Shown here: piece after piece, positions 1 to 14,758 of the stretch
Layout of the letters: the number at the start of each line of letters is the position of its first letter
Position numbering within the stretch: position 1 is the stretch's first letter
NCBI GenBank assembly: GCA_964247055.1
Contig: OZ176057.1
Coordinates: 4,650,001 to 4,714,000 of the forward strand
Source of the DNA: Paragordius varius
Lineage: Eukaryota > Animalia > Nematomorpha
DNA: 64,000 nt
Direction: 5' to 3'
Notes under the pieces: generated by a model
The model's input: only the letters and a program-made list of their open reading frames with translations
What the model was told of the DNA's origin: nothing
Database searches by the model: none
Translations under genes and position numbers: made by a program

Positions 1-299
1 TGTCATTTCACAGTTTATATTATTTTAAATCTTATAAAAAATTTTTTAAATATCCATATATATTTCACGTTGCCTGATTTTCGGGTCGAAAATGCGGCCC
101 TCGAAACCATTTGTGTTGGAAAGCCCTGATTTAAAGTGACCCCAAATTTTTTTATCCTGTGAATGAGTGTGATTTATTACCCATCCTTATAAATAAAAAT
201 AAGCATATAATTTTTTTGATCCTAACTATATCATATCTTTCTTGCTCAATTTTTACAATATATATTATTATATTAACACCTGGATACAACACATTCATT

Positions 300-832
300 T
301 CAATCCTTCGTATTAAATTGGGGTAGTTAAATACCTTAGGCCTGTTTTAGATTAAATTAAAATATGGAAGGAATCGAAACTATGGCAAAATCTTGCACTT
401 ATATAACATTACTAATCCGAAATATATAAAAATTTTATTCAAAAACACTTGATATTACTTATTTTTTAAGCCAAAACCGAAAGGAAAAATTTTAGTCAAC
501 GTGACATGCGTGCAATTGCAAAATTAAAAAATATACAAAATAATCAGCTTTTTCTATTTAAAATGTATTTTAATGAAAAATTAGCTTTAATTTTACCCTT
601 AAAATTAAACAAAGAAGATATTTTGCAAAAAGTTTTTAAAATAAAAATGGTGTCGAAGTAGGACATGGAACTTTTTTTTCAAAACAAAGTTTTATTTAGA
701 TATTTTGGCATATATATAATTTTTTCAGGAGCATAAATTTAAATTGGGACCTTTTCCTTCAGTAGTTTTATAAAAATGCTAACTCAAATTTAGTCTGGGG
801 TATTAGGATACCCCAATTTGAATCGAAGTGTT
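300..832. repeat. Dispersed ~550-bp MITE-like repeat with GGGGTAT...ATACCCC palindromes
   Basis: Direct copy at ~2130..2610 and inverted copy at ~60176..60755. Boundaries approximate. Confidence 0.7.
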
Positions 833-993
833 TATATATATTTTCTTGTTTTTTATGTAATAATGAGAATGATGGCCATTAAATTATATAATAGTATAAG
901 AAATAGTATACCAATCAATCCACTTCTAAATAAATGTAAAATAATATGAAAAACAATAAAATTATTGGAACATATCCATACTATACTTTAGCT

Positions 994-1225
994 TAGGGGG
1001 TGTGCGGACCGCGAAAAATTTGGAAATTGCTAGCAAATGCCATAATTACCAAAAACATGCTCATAAAATCTTGGAAATGAAATTTTTAAACATACTTGCT
1101 ACTAATCCCCAATTCGGATAAGGAAACAATTGGTTAAATAAATATCAGTAAGTAGTTTTTTACACACATAAGTATAAAATTCAATATCAATATTTTATAA
1201 ATGTCCCCACGATAGACAACCCCTG
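994..1225. mobile_element. hAT MITE
   Basis: Ends TAGGGGGTGTG / GACAACCCCTG; TSD CTTTAGCT/CTTTAGAT (7/8). Confidence 0.7.
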
Positions 1226-3728
1226 CTTTAGATTTTTAGCCTGATAAAACCGTTATTTCAAGTTAAATGAGTTACCTTATAAAGTGTGAAAATTTAAAAA
1301 ACTTTATGTTAATACGCCTATATTGGAAATAAATAATAAAAAACCCAAAAATGAATTTAAGATTACCGGCACAAAAAGATTCCAATAAAAATTATAAACA
1401 TAGTATGGAATTTCCTAATACAGAAATGATAAAAAATGTAGAGATAAAATTAAAATATAAATTTAAAATTTTACAATGTTTATCTTATGGTGTTTTGGTT
1501 TAAAATAATTTTATTATATTTCTAATTTGGTTTTGAACTGGGGTCAAAGTAATACATTATCTAACATTACAATTTTTGAAAATTAAAATATTATATTTTT
1601 AACAAAACTTATGTTTAAGGAAAACAACCTGTATAAAATTTAACATTATAAAGAAATTAATTTTGGCTATAGTAAAAATTTAAATTATACCAACAAAATA
1701 AAAAGCTAAAATATTTTGTAAAAGACAACCATACTTTTGAAATCTTGATTTTTCCTACAAAATTTATATTTTAAGTAATGTAATTAATCATAAAATAAGT
1801 CTATCAACAATATCTCAAGGATTATAAAATCCCTATTTAAGTTGAAAAAATATGGCGTCGTCCGTAAAATAGTGTGATATTTAGTTTTTATGTTTTTATT
1901 TATAATTTATAGTTTTTCTTGTAAATTAGGTGTCAACGCCATATGATATAGTGAATGTATGGTTGGTTAAACATCCTATGTCTTCTACAGTGTATATTAT
2001 TTTTATAATGTAATACTGCATATTATGTTTTAACAATTGTTTTATTGTGTAGTAAATGATGTGATTTTAAGGCTTTTCCTGCTAATATAAAAAACGAAAA
2101 TTTAATATAAACATTATTTAACACTCAAATAACATATCCATACTTTATAATGTATTTGATTTTAAATAGGCCTGGGGTATCCACCTACCCCAATTTGAAA
2201 TGAAAATCGAAACCATGGCAAACTTTTGCACTAATATAACATTAAACCGAAATACATAATAAATTTTTTCAATAATATTTGACAATACTTATTTTAAGCT
2301 ATAAAGGTAAAAATTTCAGCAACGAGACATTTGTATGGTAAAATTAAAAAATAATACAAATAAAACCGCTTTTGCAATTTTTATCAATGTTAGATTAGAT
2401 TATTAAATGAAGGCGTTATATTGCAGTAATTTCGTAAAATAAAAATGGCGATAGTTTAAGGAATCTCTTTTTTTTCAAAATTTTATTTTGATATCATGTT
2501 TATAAAAAGCATAAATTTAAATTGGGACCGTTTCCTTCAGTATTTTTTAAAAATGTTAATATAAAATTAGTCTGGGGTATTTGGATACCCCAATTTGTAT
2601 TGAAGTGTTAAGCAAACTGTTTAAGGAGAACAATTATTTATTTATTATTTACTTCAAAAAAAATATTCTCATTTGTTCGCTAATAACTATTTTTTATATA
2701 AAAATGGATTAACTCTCAATTATTTAATAATGATTTTCATTCTTTTAAATATAAAATACGATGCACCTTAATGTTAATCAATTTACATTAAGTTGGATAA
2801 TTAGGGATACAGTAGCGTATGAGTAAAAAACAACAACTGGATGAAATTACCAGAATTATTTTCCTATCTTATACATTAAATTTTTGTAATATATGGACAA
2901 AATTTATTTTATATTTAGCGCTTATGTATTATTAATTGGTTAATAACATTATTAAATGTCCATTAAGTGGCATACTGAACAGTAAAAATTGACATTAAAC
3001 GGAATTCAAAATCAAAAGACAACTTTTCCAAAAGACCGCCGCACGTTTTTAAACTTGATTTTTTTCAAATAATACTCATGATTAAATTGAAAATTATAAA
3101 ATAAGGTTAATTGGTACCACAAGCAATATATATTATACGATTATAATTAAATAAATTTCTTAGCTAAATTTGAAAAAGTACGGTTTTGATTTTTTTTTTG
3201 GCTTTTTGTCTGTTTAAATTTAATTTTTACTGTATATATATTTTATAACAATATCGATCATTAAATCATTGAGAAATAAATAACTTTTATTTAAAATCAA
3301 GCACATATGATGATTATTTTTTAGGGTAAATAATTAATGTGACACAAAATATTTGTTTACTCAAAACAGCTTAAGTTTTTATTGAATATTTTTTTATATT
3401 AGCTAGGAATCAAAATTTCAAATTCTTAATTTAATTAAAAATACAACATTTATGACTCAATAATGCGCTTTATGCAATATTACATTAAAATTATTATGTT
3501 AAAGTAATGTGACCAGATATTTTGAACTTGAACGCACTACAAAATTTAAAACAAACTTTGCCTGTTTTTATACAATCGGGTAATTACACAGTTTCCACTA
3601 AATATCCTGATGAAATATAAATCTTGTGATAGGAAAATATCAGGATTATCATGATGCTTTTGGTTTTCTTGAATTAACGAAGGTAATTTACACTTTTATA
3701 GTAGGTGCTCCTATAAAATTGCATAAGG

Positions 3729-3791
3729 TGCTGATAACTGGGGACGAAAAGTGATGTCAATGGTAAATGGTATATAATATTCTATAATGTA

Positions 3792-3836
<45 letters not shown>

Positions 3837-4033
3837 ATGATAATTGGGTCTAATGTATTTACATATATCAAGGTAAGATGTTTGCTTTAAATTAACTTAA
3901 GGTAAAATAATAATCGTCACACGTGATGATGAGGTTACAATAATATAATAATACTGCACACATATAACTTAAACGGTTAATATAATAGTATGATAAATAG
4001 TTCATTCAACTTAGGTCAGTTACCACTCTAACA
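3729..4033 (-). repeat. Solo LTR related to the 60929..61225 LTR
   Basis: TG...CA ends and similarity to the element-2 LTR. Absent from the homologous repeat copy near 49240..49260 (empty site). The TSD is only degenerate (TAAGG/GTAGC). Confidence 0.65.
3795..3833. repeat. (TA)n microsatellite
   Basis: Pure TA run; similar runs near 10228..10258, 16196..16228, 36136..36170, 48896..48930 and 49365..49395. Confidence 0.85.
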
Positions 4034-4784
4034 GTAGCGCAACTTATTCAAATATGTTTTTTGGTGAAAGCTAAATGCTTGATTTCAAGTATCACTAAAA
4101 TAAAACATAAATAAAATGCTAAAAATATTTTACAATTTTTTAGATAAGGGCTCTGAAAGTCTCAAATTTTTTGGCTCTTTTAAAATAAACGCTTCTCTTA
4201 AAAATTCCGACATTGTGCAATTTTATATACTAAATTTTCACATCAACTAAATATATTTTTTTACAAAAATACACACTTTCAAAAATTTAATTAGCAAAAT
4301 TTTGTTGAAACCATATTATTTTGAGCATGATGGAAACGATATAAACAGTTGACATATAACATTTTATATATATAATTCGATAATGTTTGATTAAAATATT
4401 CGTTCGTTTTCAAGTTTATGTTAAATAAAAATTGAGTTTTTTTACAAAAATTCACAAAAATTTGTAAGACAAACCTCAAAATTAAAATTCTAAACTTATG
4501 AAAATGGTCAACATCATCGATTTATTTAAAGGGATTTTTTAGGTTCATCATAATCAATATCATTACTATTTAAGCTACTTAATATAATTGTCGATATGGG
4601 CTTAAAGCGTTATACCAGATCATACTTTAAAAAAATTACGCTTCAACAAAATATCTCAAAATCGTTTATGCAAAAAAATGAGAAAACTTATAAAAATGAA
4701 AGTTCAGGAAAAAAATTAGTAATATCATACCTCCCACCAAATAAGCATAGAAAACGTAAAACCTAATTTTTTAATACTAAAAGG

Positions 4785-5487
4785 CAGGGCTTGGAACCGG
4801 TGAAAAAAAAGTGGAAGCGGAACCGGGGTGGATCCTGAACAAATAGAACCGGAACCCAATTGGTTCTTTTAAATTTTAGTGGTTCCGTAACCGCTTCTTC
4901 ATATTTTGAACCGGTTATTTTCGGTTTCTGACTTTGGATCAAAGGATTTTACAAAATCATTATAATAATAATCCCAACCAAGATATTAACTATTATAAAA
5001 ACAATTTATTATAGATTGTCAAATGTATAGTGAAATATAGTTTAGCATAATAAATGAAACAAATTATAAAATATAATAGGAAAATGTATAAGTACAAAGG
5101 TATAATGAGTGTTAAATGAAGTATGGCATCTAAAAAAATCTTTATTTAACTTTCAAATTTTTTTGCACCATGCATTTTGCTGTTCAAACCGCTTCTCGGA
5201 TGTGAAAAATAAATTAATGTTAAAACTCCTTTCAACGGACACCAATATAACAAGTGTACTATAAATAACCTTGAGTTATGGACTATTAGTTTTTAAAAAA
5301 ACATCCTGCCCAAAAATTGAGATAATCGCTGATATAATCTTAGTTTTAAGTTTGATGTATTTGATATGTAGTGGATAAAATAAAATTTAATAAATAACAT
5401 ATAGGAGCCTGTAATTAGGAGGTGGAACCGGAATCGGGTTGGTTTTATCCTAATGGAACCGGTTCAAGGTTCCGGTTTCAAGCCCTG
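4785..5487. mobile_element. hAT-type MITE with GAACCG subterminal repeats
   Basis: TIRs CAGGGCTTGGAACC / GGTTTCAAGCCCTG, degenerate 8-bp TSD (CTAAAAGG/ATAAAAGA). Empty site in the homologous repeat near 48330. Confidence 0.85.
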
Positions 5488-6405
5488 ATAAAAGATTATT
5501 TTAAAATCATATGCTATATATAAAAAATTTTATATAATATGTTATGAGAATAAAAATTTTCTATAGAATTTTCCGTTAGATAATTATAACAAAAAATGAA
5601 CTTTTTAAACTTAAACATTTATTTAAATATCTTAAATTAATTTTGTTAATTTTGAATTTTGAGGCACCTCTTGCGGAAGCTTTGAGTGAAAGAATTAGCC
5701 TGATTTATTGTTTCGCCCCTGCCCGAAAGGCTCCAATCCTAAGTTTGTATAATTCAAGCAGAAAATAAAATATTAACCAATTAAAAATAGGCCAATCTTT
5801 GTTTTTACCGCAAAACACACCATTTCTTTACAAATTATGGGGTTATTTATGCTAAATATTAAAATCTAAAATAATTTTTTTGAATTAATAAAAGGTAACT
5901 AATATATATTTTAAAAATTATTTATTTTTTAATTCCAAACAGCAGTACAAAATGAGCGCAGTACTGGCGCAGTTTTTTTCACCATGCACTGCACTGCGAA
6001 GAACAGCCTATCTGGTCACATTATGTTAAACAAGAATACATTCCTTAGTAGTTAAGTAAAGCATTTTTGTAAAAATTATTTGGTATTAATGGTACAATTT
6101 TATAAAACATTTTTTACTGAATTCAATGCCCCTAAAAATCCTTACTGTATCCCTGCAACGAACATATCTGCTTAAATATGGTCAATTATATATTTTGATT
6201 TATGATTTATATTTAAATCCGATTTTAAATAACGGGTTTATCATTTTAGGTTTCATCGATAAATTTTTTTGAAAAAGCTTTAGAGCTAAAATACTGGGAA
6301 CGATTTATAATGAAATCGCAATTCAGTTGGACCTGTGACTAAAATATGAATAAAACACTATCAAAATTTTGATTGAGAAGAATATGTCAGATTCATAATA
6401 TATAA

Positions 6406-7525
6406 CACTGCTCAACAAGGTTTTGCACCACCCCATTATTTTTGCATTTTCTGATACCTAATGGCATGGAAAGGCCAAAACAAAAAAGAAAATTGAGGCC
6501 ACCAATAGGATTTTTCCGAAATTTAATTTTTAAATTTGTTTTTAAATTAAAAATAACAATCATTCCTACATATGTTTAAATATTCAAACGAACAAGTCGA
6601 TACAAGTAATATTCCATGCATGAATAACAAAATTCTAGGCATTAAATAAGATACTAAACAAGCTAAGAGCCAAAGTATTAAAAATCTAAAAGGGGCTCAT
6701 GTATAGTGTGATAGATCCGGGCGGCTACACAAGCTCTGCATATTCCCCAAGCGATCCAATTATGCCAGATATGGCAAAGATAACAATAAGTAATCGTAAA
6801 GCCGATAAGAGAGACTTGCAAGCAAAATCCAGGCAAATTGACATGTCAAATTAACCAATTCACAGAATAAAGTTAGATAAATTACACAATTAAATTGAAT
6901 AAAAAGAATAGGTTACAAATGGTTTAATCCCATAATAGTAAATTCTACTAAAAGTGGCTACACAACATCCATCTGAAATTAAAAATATAAAACAATCAAT
7001 AATTTTAAAAAATAAAGTATATCCACTAGGTATGAATAAAGGATTTTTTGTAAGAACCAACTCAAGAAAAAAAACCTAATAACTCGAAAGGACGAAAACT
7101 AACAAAAAAGTATAGCCTATCTAAAAGCCGAAGGTTTAAACCATAGAATGCCTTTAGTATTTTTTTAAAAATTTTTTTACGTATTAAAAATTCACTTGAA
7201 AGAAAAAGACTAAATTTTGACGTTTAAGTCCGTACTATTTTTTTCTCTCTGATATTTAAATGACATATTTATATTCAAAAGATAGAGTTTAAAACGCTTT
7301 ATTAAATGATATTAAATTTATAATATATTAACATTTTATTATAAAGTTATATTTAATTTTCTCTCGATTTTCTCTTGTTTTTGAAAAATTAAAAAACCTA
7401 TAATATTTCAAAATTCTGATTGGCGGGATCAAAAATTTTTTCACATTCGGTTTTAAAACAAAATTAGTCATAATTTAAAAGTTTGAGTGGTGGTGCTTAA
7501 AAATGTCCAAATTTGTCGACTAGTG
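6406..7525. mobile_element. Tc1-like non-autonomous DNA transposon, copy 1
   Basis: Imperfect TIRs CACTGCTCAACAA / TTGTCGACTAGTG, TA at the right flank, near-identical to 14759..15884. Possible DRSGR helix-turn-helix remnant near 6712. Confidence 0.75.
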
Positions 7526-8924
7526 TAACTTACTAAGATTGATAATTATAATTAATAATTTATTATTATAAACCAATAAATGTAATTTATATTTTATTTA
7601 ATTTTTACGTTGTTTAACAACAAAATAAATTATATTAATTAATATATAAAATTTAATGATATAAAACCCTACATTTCTTAATTAATGATTATATATGGTT
7701 CAAACAAGCGGTGTCCAACAAAAATAGCTTCGCGGCCGAATTTTTGCATCTAAAATTTAATTGAGTCGCAACTAAATATAGTGGAATAATAAATAATATA
7801 TTAGGTTTTAAAAAAAAGTAAATACTATTGTATATTTTAACAATTTTCGCACGTTCATTGCTGAAATCCGCAAAAAATTATTTAAAAAGTTTGTTTAATA
7901 AAATAATTATATGTGAGATTTCCTAAAATTTACTATTTGAAATTTCTCTCGGGCTGCATGAATAATTTGTGTGTTGAGCACCCATGATTTAATTTAGGTG
8001 TATATATTTGTATGAAACACTTATTCACATGTACACAGTCACATATAGTGAATACATAAATAAACCCAAAAAAAACTTTTTAATTAAAAATACTAAACTA
8101 ACATTCATGAAATATTTTGTCATGTGAAATTCAATAAAATTATGTTTATGGGACGCATTATAATTCATACAAACCATGTTTGTGCCATATGCTAATATTA
8201 TTTTTAAAATGTTGTACGTGTTGGATAATTGATGTGATTAAAACAATACCTTTAACATGAATTCATTGTCTTAATTTGTTTATGTGTTAAAATTCTATCT
8301 CACAATGTTTACGAAAACAAGAGAAACATCTAAAAATGAATCTTATTAATAATAGTGCTATAACTAAAGGGTATTTTAATAAATTGAGTTTATATATGTA
8401 TAAATATATATATCATCAACACCGTTTTTATTAAAGTAAAAATCATCTATATTGACCGGGGATATGTTTTTTATGACTGAAAAATGGTATGCATTTATTC
8501 ATATATAGATTTGGTGGTCTACGGCTTTAGGAAAATAAAAAGCATAAAATCTACATAATATTCTTAATACTCGTAGTTTATAGGAATGTTAACTGTATCA
8601 AATGGTTTGACTGAACTGAACCGTAATCAAATTTATTTTTCACTTAGCTCTGCATTACGGACAAAATGTAAAAATTATTTTTAGAGAACAACCATTCTTT
8701 TTTAATCATTTATATATAATTCATTGAATTAGAGGTGTATATTGGTGACAATCAATTAGGCACTTTTTGATTGCTATTAAATGATTATTATCATTATTAT
8801 AGATATTAAGGTTTAAAAAGTAGGGTTGTCTTTTAAAAAAATATTTTTTATATTTAATTTTTGTCCGTATAATTTCAATTTTTATTGTGATATAGCATGT
8901 AATGTTCCGAACAATATATTAATT

Positions 8925-10225
8925 CTATACAGTTTTGTAACAAAATTAGCTGGTTGTTTCAAAAAATTAAATTTTCTTGTGGTTATATGTTTGAATTTGT
9001 AAGTCAAAGATAAAAATACGATTTAATAACTTTATTTAATTTGCCAAATTCCATCGAAAACTTAGGTTTCAGAATGTTAATAATTATATATATATATATA
9101 TAATAAAATATAAATTTTTTTTGTTCTTCTATGACAAAACAAAACAAACCAAGTCATAAATAATTTATGAGTGGTCCGTAGAAATCCATTTAATATTTAT
9201 ACTGTTTTAAAAAAAAGAATTATGTTTTGTTCACTTTTGAAATGTCTATCCTTTAAAATTTCAAAAATTTCATTTACCTCATATCTGTCACACCTAGTTT
9301 TCAAATAAAAATTCTGTAATTAAATAATAAAATTTTCATTTTTTTAAAAAATATTATATTTTAGTGCTTTAGTTTTCTTTCATCTCTGGCTTTTTCCTAA
9401 TTATCTACTTCATTTTTTTAATTAAAAAGTTTGTTTTGATCTAAGTTTATACCTTTATAACAAATCCAATGGTTTATCCATATATATATTGTGGTTTCTC
9501 ACGTAAAAAAATTTAATTATTTCAAGCCAACTTTATAAAGATATCCTTAACTTTAATCGTGGTTTAACCATATTGCTATTTCATATTTTCTATATTTTAT
9601 ATTATCGGAATTAAATATATACGTAAGTCTCTAAAAATTATTGGAAAATTTTTATACGCGCTATTGTATACTTTAATTAAATAATTCATCCATACTATGT
9701 TTAGTGTAATTTCTATTATTTTCGGCGGTTATTTTCGTAACCTCTACCGTTATATCATGCAAAGCAAAAGTGTATAATCTATGTCCTTTTCAAATAAAAA
9801 ATATTTAATCATTTTTTACAGTAAAAATTAAAATTGACAAAACATAAAATTATGAAGACAAATATTTTTTTCCAAAGACAACCATACAACCTTAATTTTT
9901 CACACATAAATTAGTTAAATTGGATTTAATGAGTTACCAGTATACATTTCAATATCAAACTTTACAGTCAAAACAGTGAGTTAAATTAACTCAAGATTTA
10001 AAAAGTAAGTTTTTTTAAGCAAAAACCCCGTATAATTTCAATTTTTACTGTAAGAATCCATAAGTTAGTTTGCAGGAAGAATAATAGTGTTGGCATTCCC
10101 CTACAGCGGCAAAAATGGGAATAGTTTTGAAACAGAATTAGCTAGTTGTTTTAAAAAAAATTTCTTGTGGTTATATGTTTGAATTCGAAAGTCATAGATA
10201 AGAATAAAACTTAGGCGTCAGAATG

Positions 10226-10263
<38 letters not shown>

Positions 10264-11250
10264 TAAATTTTTTTTGTACTTCTATAACCAAATCACGTCA
10301 TAAATATTTTATAAGTGGTCTGTAGATATCCATTTAATATTTAATTGTAAATTAAAAAAAAAAATTTTTTCACTTTTGAAATATATGTCCTTTAAAATTT
10401 CAGAAATTTCATTTACCACATGTCTGTCACACCTAGTTTTCAAAAAACTTTGTAATTAAATAATAAATTTTTCATTTTCAAAAATTATTATATTTTGGTG
10501 CTTAAGTTTTCTTTCATCTCTGGCTTTTTCCTAATTATCTACACTTGATTTTTTTAATTAAAAAATTTGTTTTAGTCTAACTTATACCTTTATAACAAAT
10601 CCAATGGTTTATATATCCATATATATATTTATATATATATATTGTGGTTTCTCACGTAAAAAAATTTTAATTATTACAAGCCAACTTTATAAAGATATCC
10701 TTAACTTTAATCGTGGTTTGACCATATTGCTATTTCATATTTTTTATATTTTGTATTATCGGAATTATATATACATGTAAATCTCTAAAAATTATTGGAA
10801 AATTTTTATACGCGCTATTGTATACTTTAATTAAATAACTCATCCATACTATGTTTGTAATTTCTTTTATTCTCCGCGGTTATTTTCGTATGCTAAACAA
10901 AAGTGTATAATCTATGTCTTTTTAAAATAAAATATATTTAATTATTTTTTAATACAGTTAAAATTAAAATCGACAAAAGACAAATATTTTTTTTCCAAAG
11001 ACAACCATATAACCTTAATTTTTCACATATAAATTAGTTAAATTACAATTGATAAATATATGATTGAATGAGTTACCAGTATACATTTCAATATCAAACT
11101 TTACAGTCAAAACAAATTAATACTCAAGATTTAAAAAGTAAGGTTTTTTGAAAAACCCCGTATAATTTTGATTTTTACTGCAATCCATTAGTTAGTTTGA
11201 AGGAACAGTCATAGTGTTGTCCTTTCCATAAGATTGAGGCATAAATGGGG
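8925..11250. repeat. Tandem duplication, two ~1.15-kb units
   Basis: ~8925..10120 aligns by eye to ~10120..11250 over the full length (e.g. TTAGCT(G/A)GTTGTTT ... AAAACCCCGTATAATTT). Confidence 0.85.
9819..10050. mobile_element. Tc1/mariner-type MITE (abundant family)
   Basis: TA flanks; TIR CAGTAAAAATT(A/G)AAATT. Related copies or fragments near 2980..3233, 8650..8890, 10955..11180, 11765..11995, 35870..35920, 36330..36400 and 59850..59950. Confidence 0.75.
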
Positions 11251-14200
11251 ATTCAAAATATGTCTCATATAGTTAAAAGCTTTACAATAAAGTGTATCGA
11301 AACGATGCATTGTTTTTCTGTATAATAATTGGTAAAAAAACGTTATACAATCTATTATAATTTTTTAGATTTTGTAAACACCGAAGTTAGATAGCTTAGA
11401 AATTTGATTGGAAAACATCTGATTTGATATTATCAAATTTGAAAGCTTTTCATTTGACTTTTGTAGTTTCGATTGGAAAAAAATCCATGTGGAAATCTGG
11501 TGGCAAAGTTTAAGAATGTAAATTATAATATTCAAAATTAATGACTAATGCGCCATATAGGGCTAATGAATGCATATGAAGCCCATTATCTGACATACAA
11601 ATATATTTGAATTTTGGATCGCTTTGGGATACAAACTACCCAAAAAGTATAAATATATTGTATATATGCTTCATAAAAACTTGTGCATAAAATCAAATTG
11701 TGCTTCGATTTAAATAAGTTGATGACCTCACTCCTGTTAATTAGTATTCAGAATAAAACCCGAAATTATACGGACAAAACGTAAAAAATAAAGACAATAT
11801 TTTTTTATAGACAAGATCTTGGTTATTTTAGGTATAAGTGATTGTTTTAAATTGCAAGGTCACGATCAATTTATCTGTATTTAGATGATTATTTTTATAG
11901 GATTATTTTAAGTTAAAAAAAGTATGGTTGTCTTTTGAAAAAAAAGGTTTTTAAGTTTGTACGTTTTGTCCGTATAATTTTAATTATAACTGTTAATCTA
12001 TCTGATTTATAAAAGATGCACTTATATTATATTTCACCAAAATATAAATATTCATTTAAAAATTTTTCAATTTTAGTCACGATTTAACGAATATTGCTGA
12101 AAAACACCCTGTTTATATTTTGTGTTTGCAATTATAATATCAAATTTTTAATGTAAATATTTATCAAAATATATTTTTTAAAAGAAACTTCTTCGATGCC
12201 ATTTGCTTTGGGAAGGCCTGATATAAACAAAAGCAAAAAAACAATATCCAAAACATAACCTCCTTTAATAGTCAAAAATATGATCAATATATTTTACAAT
12301 TGCTAATTTTTATGTTGTATGAAAAAAACACGCAAATTTTGTCATACTAAATGTCATGACAATATAATTAGGTATTCTTAATATCTTAAAAATATTTTAT
12401 TGTATTTATATTCAATGTCTTATTACGCATCAGGCACTCAAGACAAATATCTCTATATATTTTATTATAATTAGGAAATAATAAATAAATGAACATATAT
12501 ATATAATTTTTATAATTCCGAACACAATATATAATGCATACTAATAAATTATATTTTATTAGATAATAAGCCATACTTTTTACATAAATGGACATTTATG
12601 TAAATATAAAATTATTTTAGTCAGGTGGAATTGAATATTTTTAAATAAGTTTTATTTCCCGCATATTAATGCTTGAAAGCAGGGTTCCCAAAAGGGGGCG
12701 GGAAAAATTGAAGACCTTAAATATATGTTAATAAACATATTGTTTACTATTCGGTAATAGTTTTATAAAATATTGTTTAAATTTAATAAATAAGTTACAG
12801 TATTGGAAAGTAATTACTGTTAGATTTTTGACTTCACACATATTGTATCTAATTTTTACTATTAATGATTCTTACTATAAATTATTATAATATAAAAAAA
12901 ATAAAATAGCATTAAAAAGCTGAAATTACAAAGGTCAGGCAGTATAAGAATGTGGATTTAAAAGCCACAAAGCATTATAAAACACTATAAAAATATACTA
13001 GTTTCGGAACTTAAAAAATGTTATGTTTGAGAATGCAGTTCATATATAAAATTATTTAAAACAACTTATCCAATTGGGCTTTATAGTGTCCCATCCTCTC
13101 TTGATTAAAAGTGTTTGTTTTAAAAATAACTCATAATTCCATCCCTGTAATAAATATTAAAGTCCAATCTATATTATTAAAATTAATTGGTTGTCCATAG
13201 TTCGAAGGATGTTCAAGTGTGTTTTAAATAATTTTTACATGTGAATTGCATTCTCACACATACACATACTTTTTTACTTGCTCAATATTTTAGTATTAAT
13301 TACACTAGACAACAAATTTTAACTTTTTTAAACAGCCATTCTTGTAAATTTAAAATTTATTTCATTAAAGTACATAATTAGTATATCTGAAAAGAAAATT
13401 GGTCCTACATGAAAGAATTTTTTTATATTAGAGTTTATCGATAATTTTTGACCCCGATTTAACATTAAACTCGAAATTTCATAAATTTAAAGTTTTAGAT
13501 ATGAAGCCATGTATTTTATATCATTCGAAAGAGCGCAAAAAACTGCATCTTTTAAATGGTAGTAAGTCAATTAAATCCACCGGATGTAAAAGTTATTTGA
13601 ATTTAAATGGTCAAAATTTTCACCCCTTAAATAAGTCAGGAATTTTCACAGACAAACTAATTTTTAAATCATTTAAATTATTTTAATATTATTATTAGGG
13701 TTATATTAGTATTTAATTTAAAAAAAATGTTTGGAAAAGCTTTTGGTTTGCTTTTTTAATAAAAATTGTAATTATCATAAATATTTTACCTAGTGGATAC
13801 TAAAATGCATAGTTATAACTGTAAATTTATTACATAATGGCTATAAAAGATCAAAAATACCTTAAACTTTGTTTTTATTTTTAAATTTTCGAAATTATCA
13901 GCCTTGTATAGAAAATAAATTAATATTGATGAGATGGTAATTTTTAAAAAACAAAAAACTTAAAAATGGCTGTTTTGAGTGACATAAAAGCAATAAAAAA
14001 TGTTTTAATCAAAAAAAACTTTCTTGTGTTATCTTTTTTGGACATTCATCTCCATCTAAACAAAGTTTGAGCTATTTTCATCTATTAGTTTTAAAAATAT
14101 TATAATTAAAAAAAATGCTCTCGCTTCGCGCGTTTGTCGCTCTTTGTGTCCAATATTAACTGTCGATGTAATACATATTAGTATACATTTTATAGAGTTT

Positions 14201-14758
14201 TTAATACTCTTTCGAATGATATATTACAAATGGGCATTACTTGTATACTTTCAAAGAAAAACATTTTTTAGTAAAATTTTGATAAAGAGGGCGCATAATC
14301 TAAAAAATCAAATTATACAAAATTCTTCCAACGAGTTATAATTTTTATTTCAGATTTACTGTTAAAATGATATTAAATATAAAAAAATGCAAAAAACTCG
14401 AGTGGAGAAAAAATTTGTTGTCTAGTGTTATTGATAATGGAATTCCTTTTTGGTTCCAAAGCTAGTGGTTTTTTCTCGTGTTTTATTATACTTTTCTTTT
14501 CAATAAATTATTTTTTATACAAATACAGAAAGCAAATAAATAAATTTTTATTGAATTATAAGACTTGGTCTTGCCCATTTCTCGGTTTATACATTCCACT
14601 TGTATTTTTTAGTCATTAGTAAACATTTTTATTATAATTTATTTGGTTTACCCTTGTTATTTTGAAACCTTTTGGATCAACATATTTATGTGAAACTGTA
14701 TTATCAACCTTGTTTCAATCAAAATATTAATCTAAGAAATCGAATGAGGTCTAAATTA

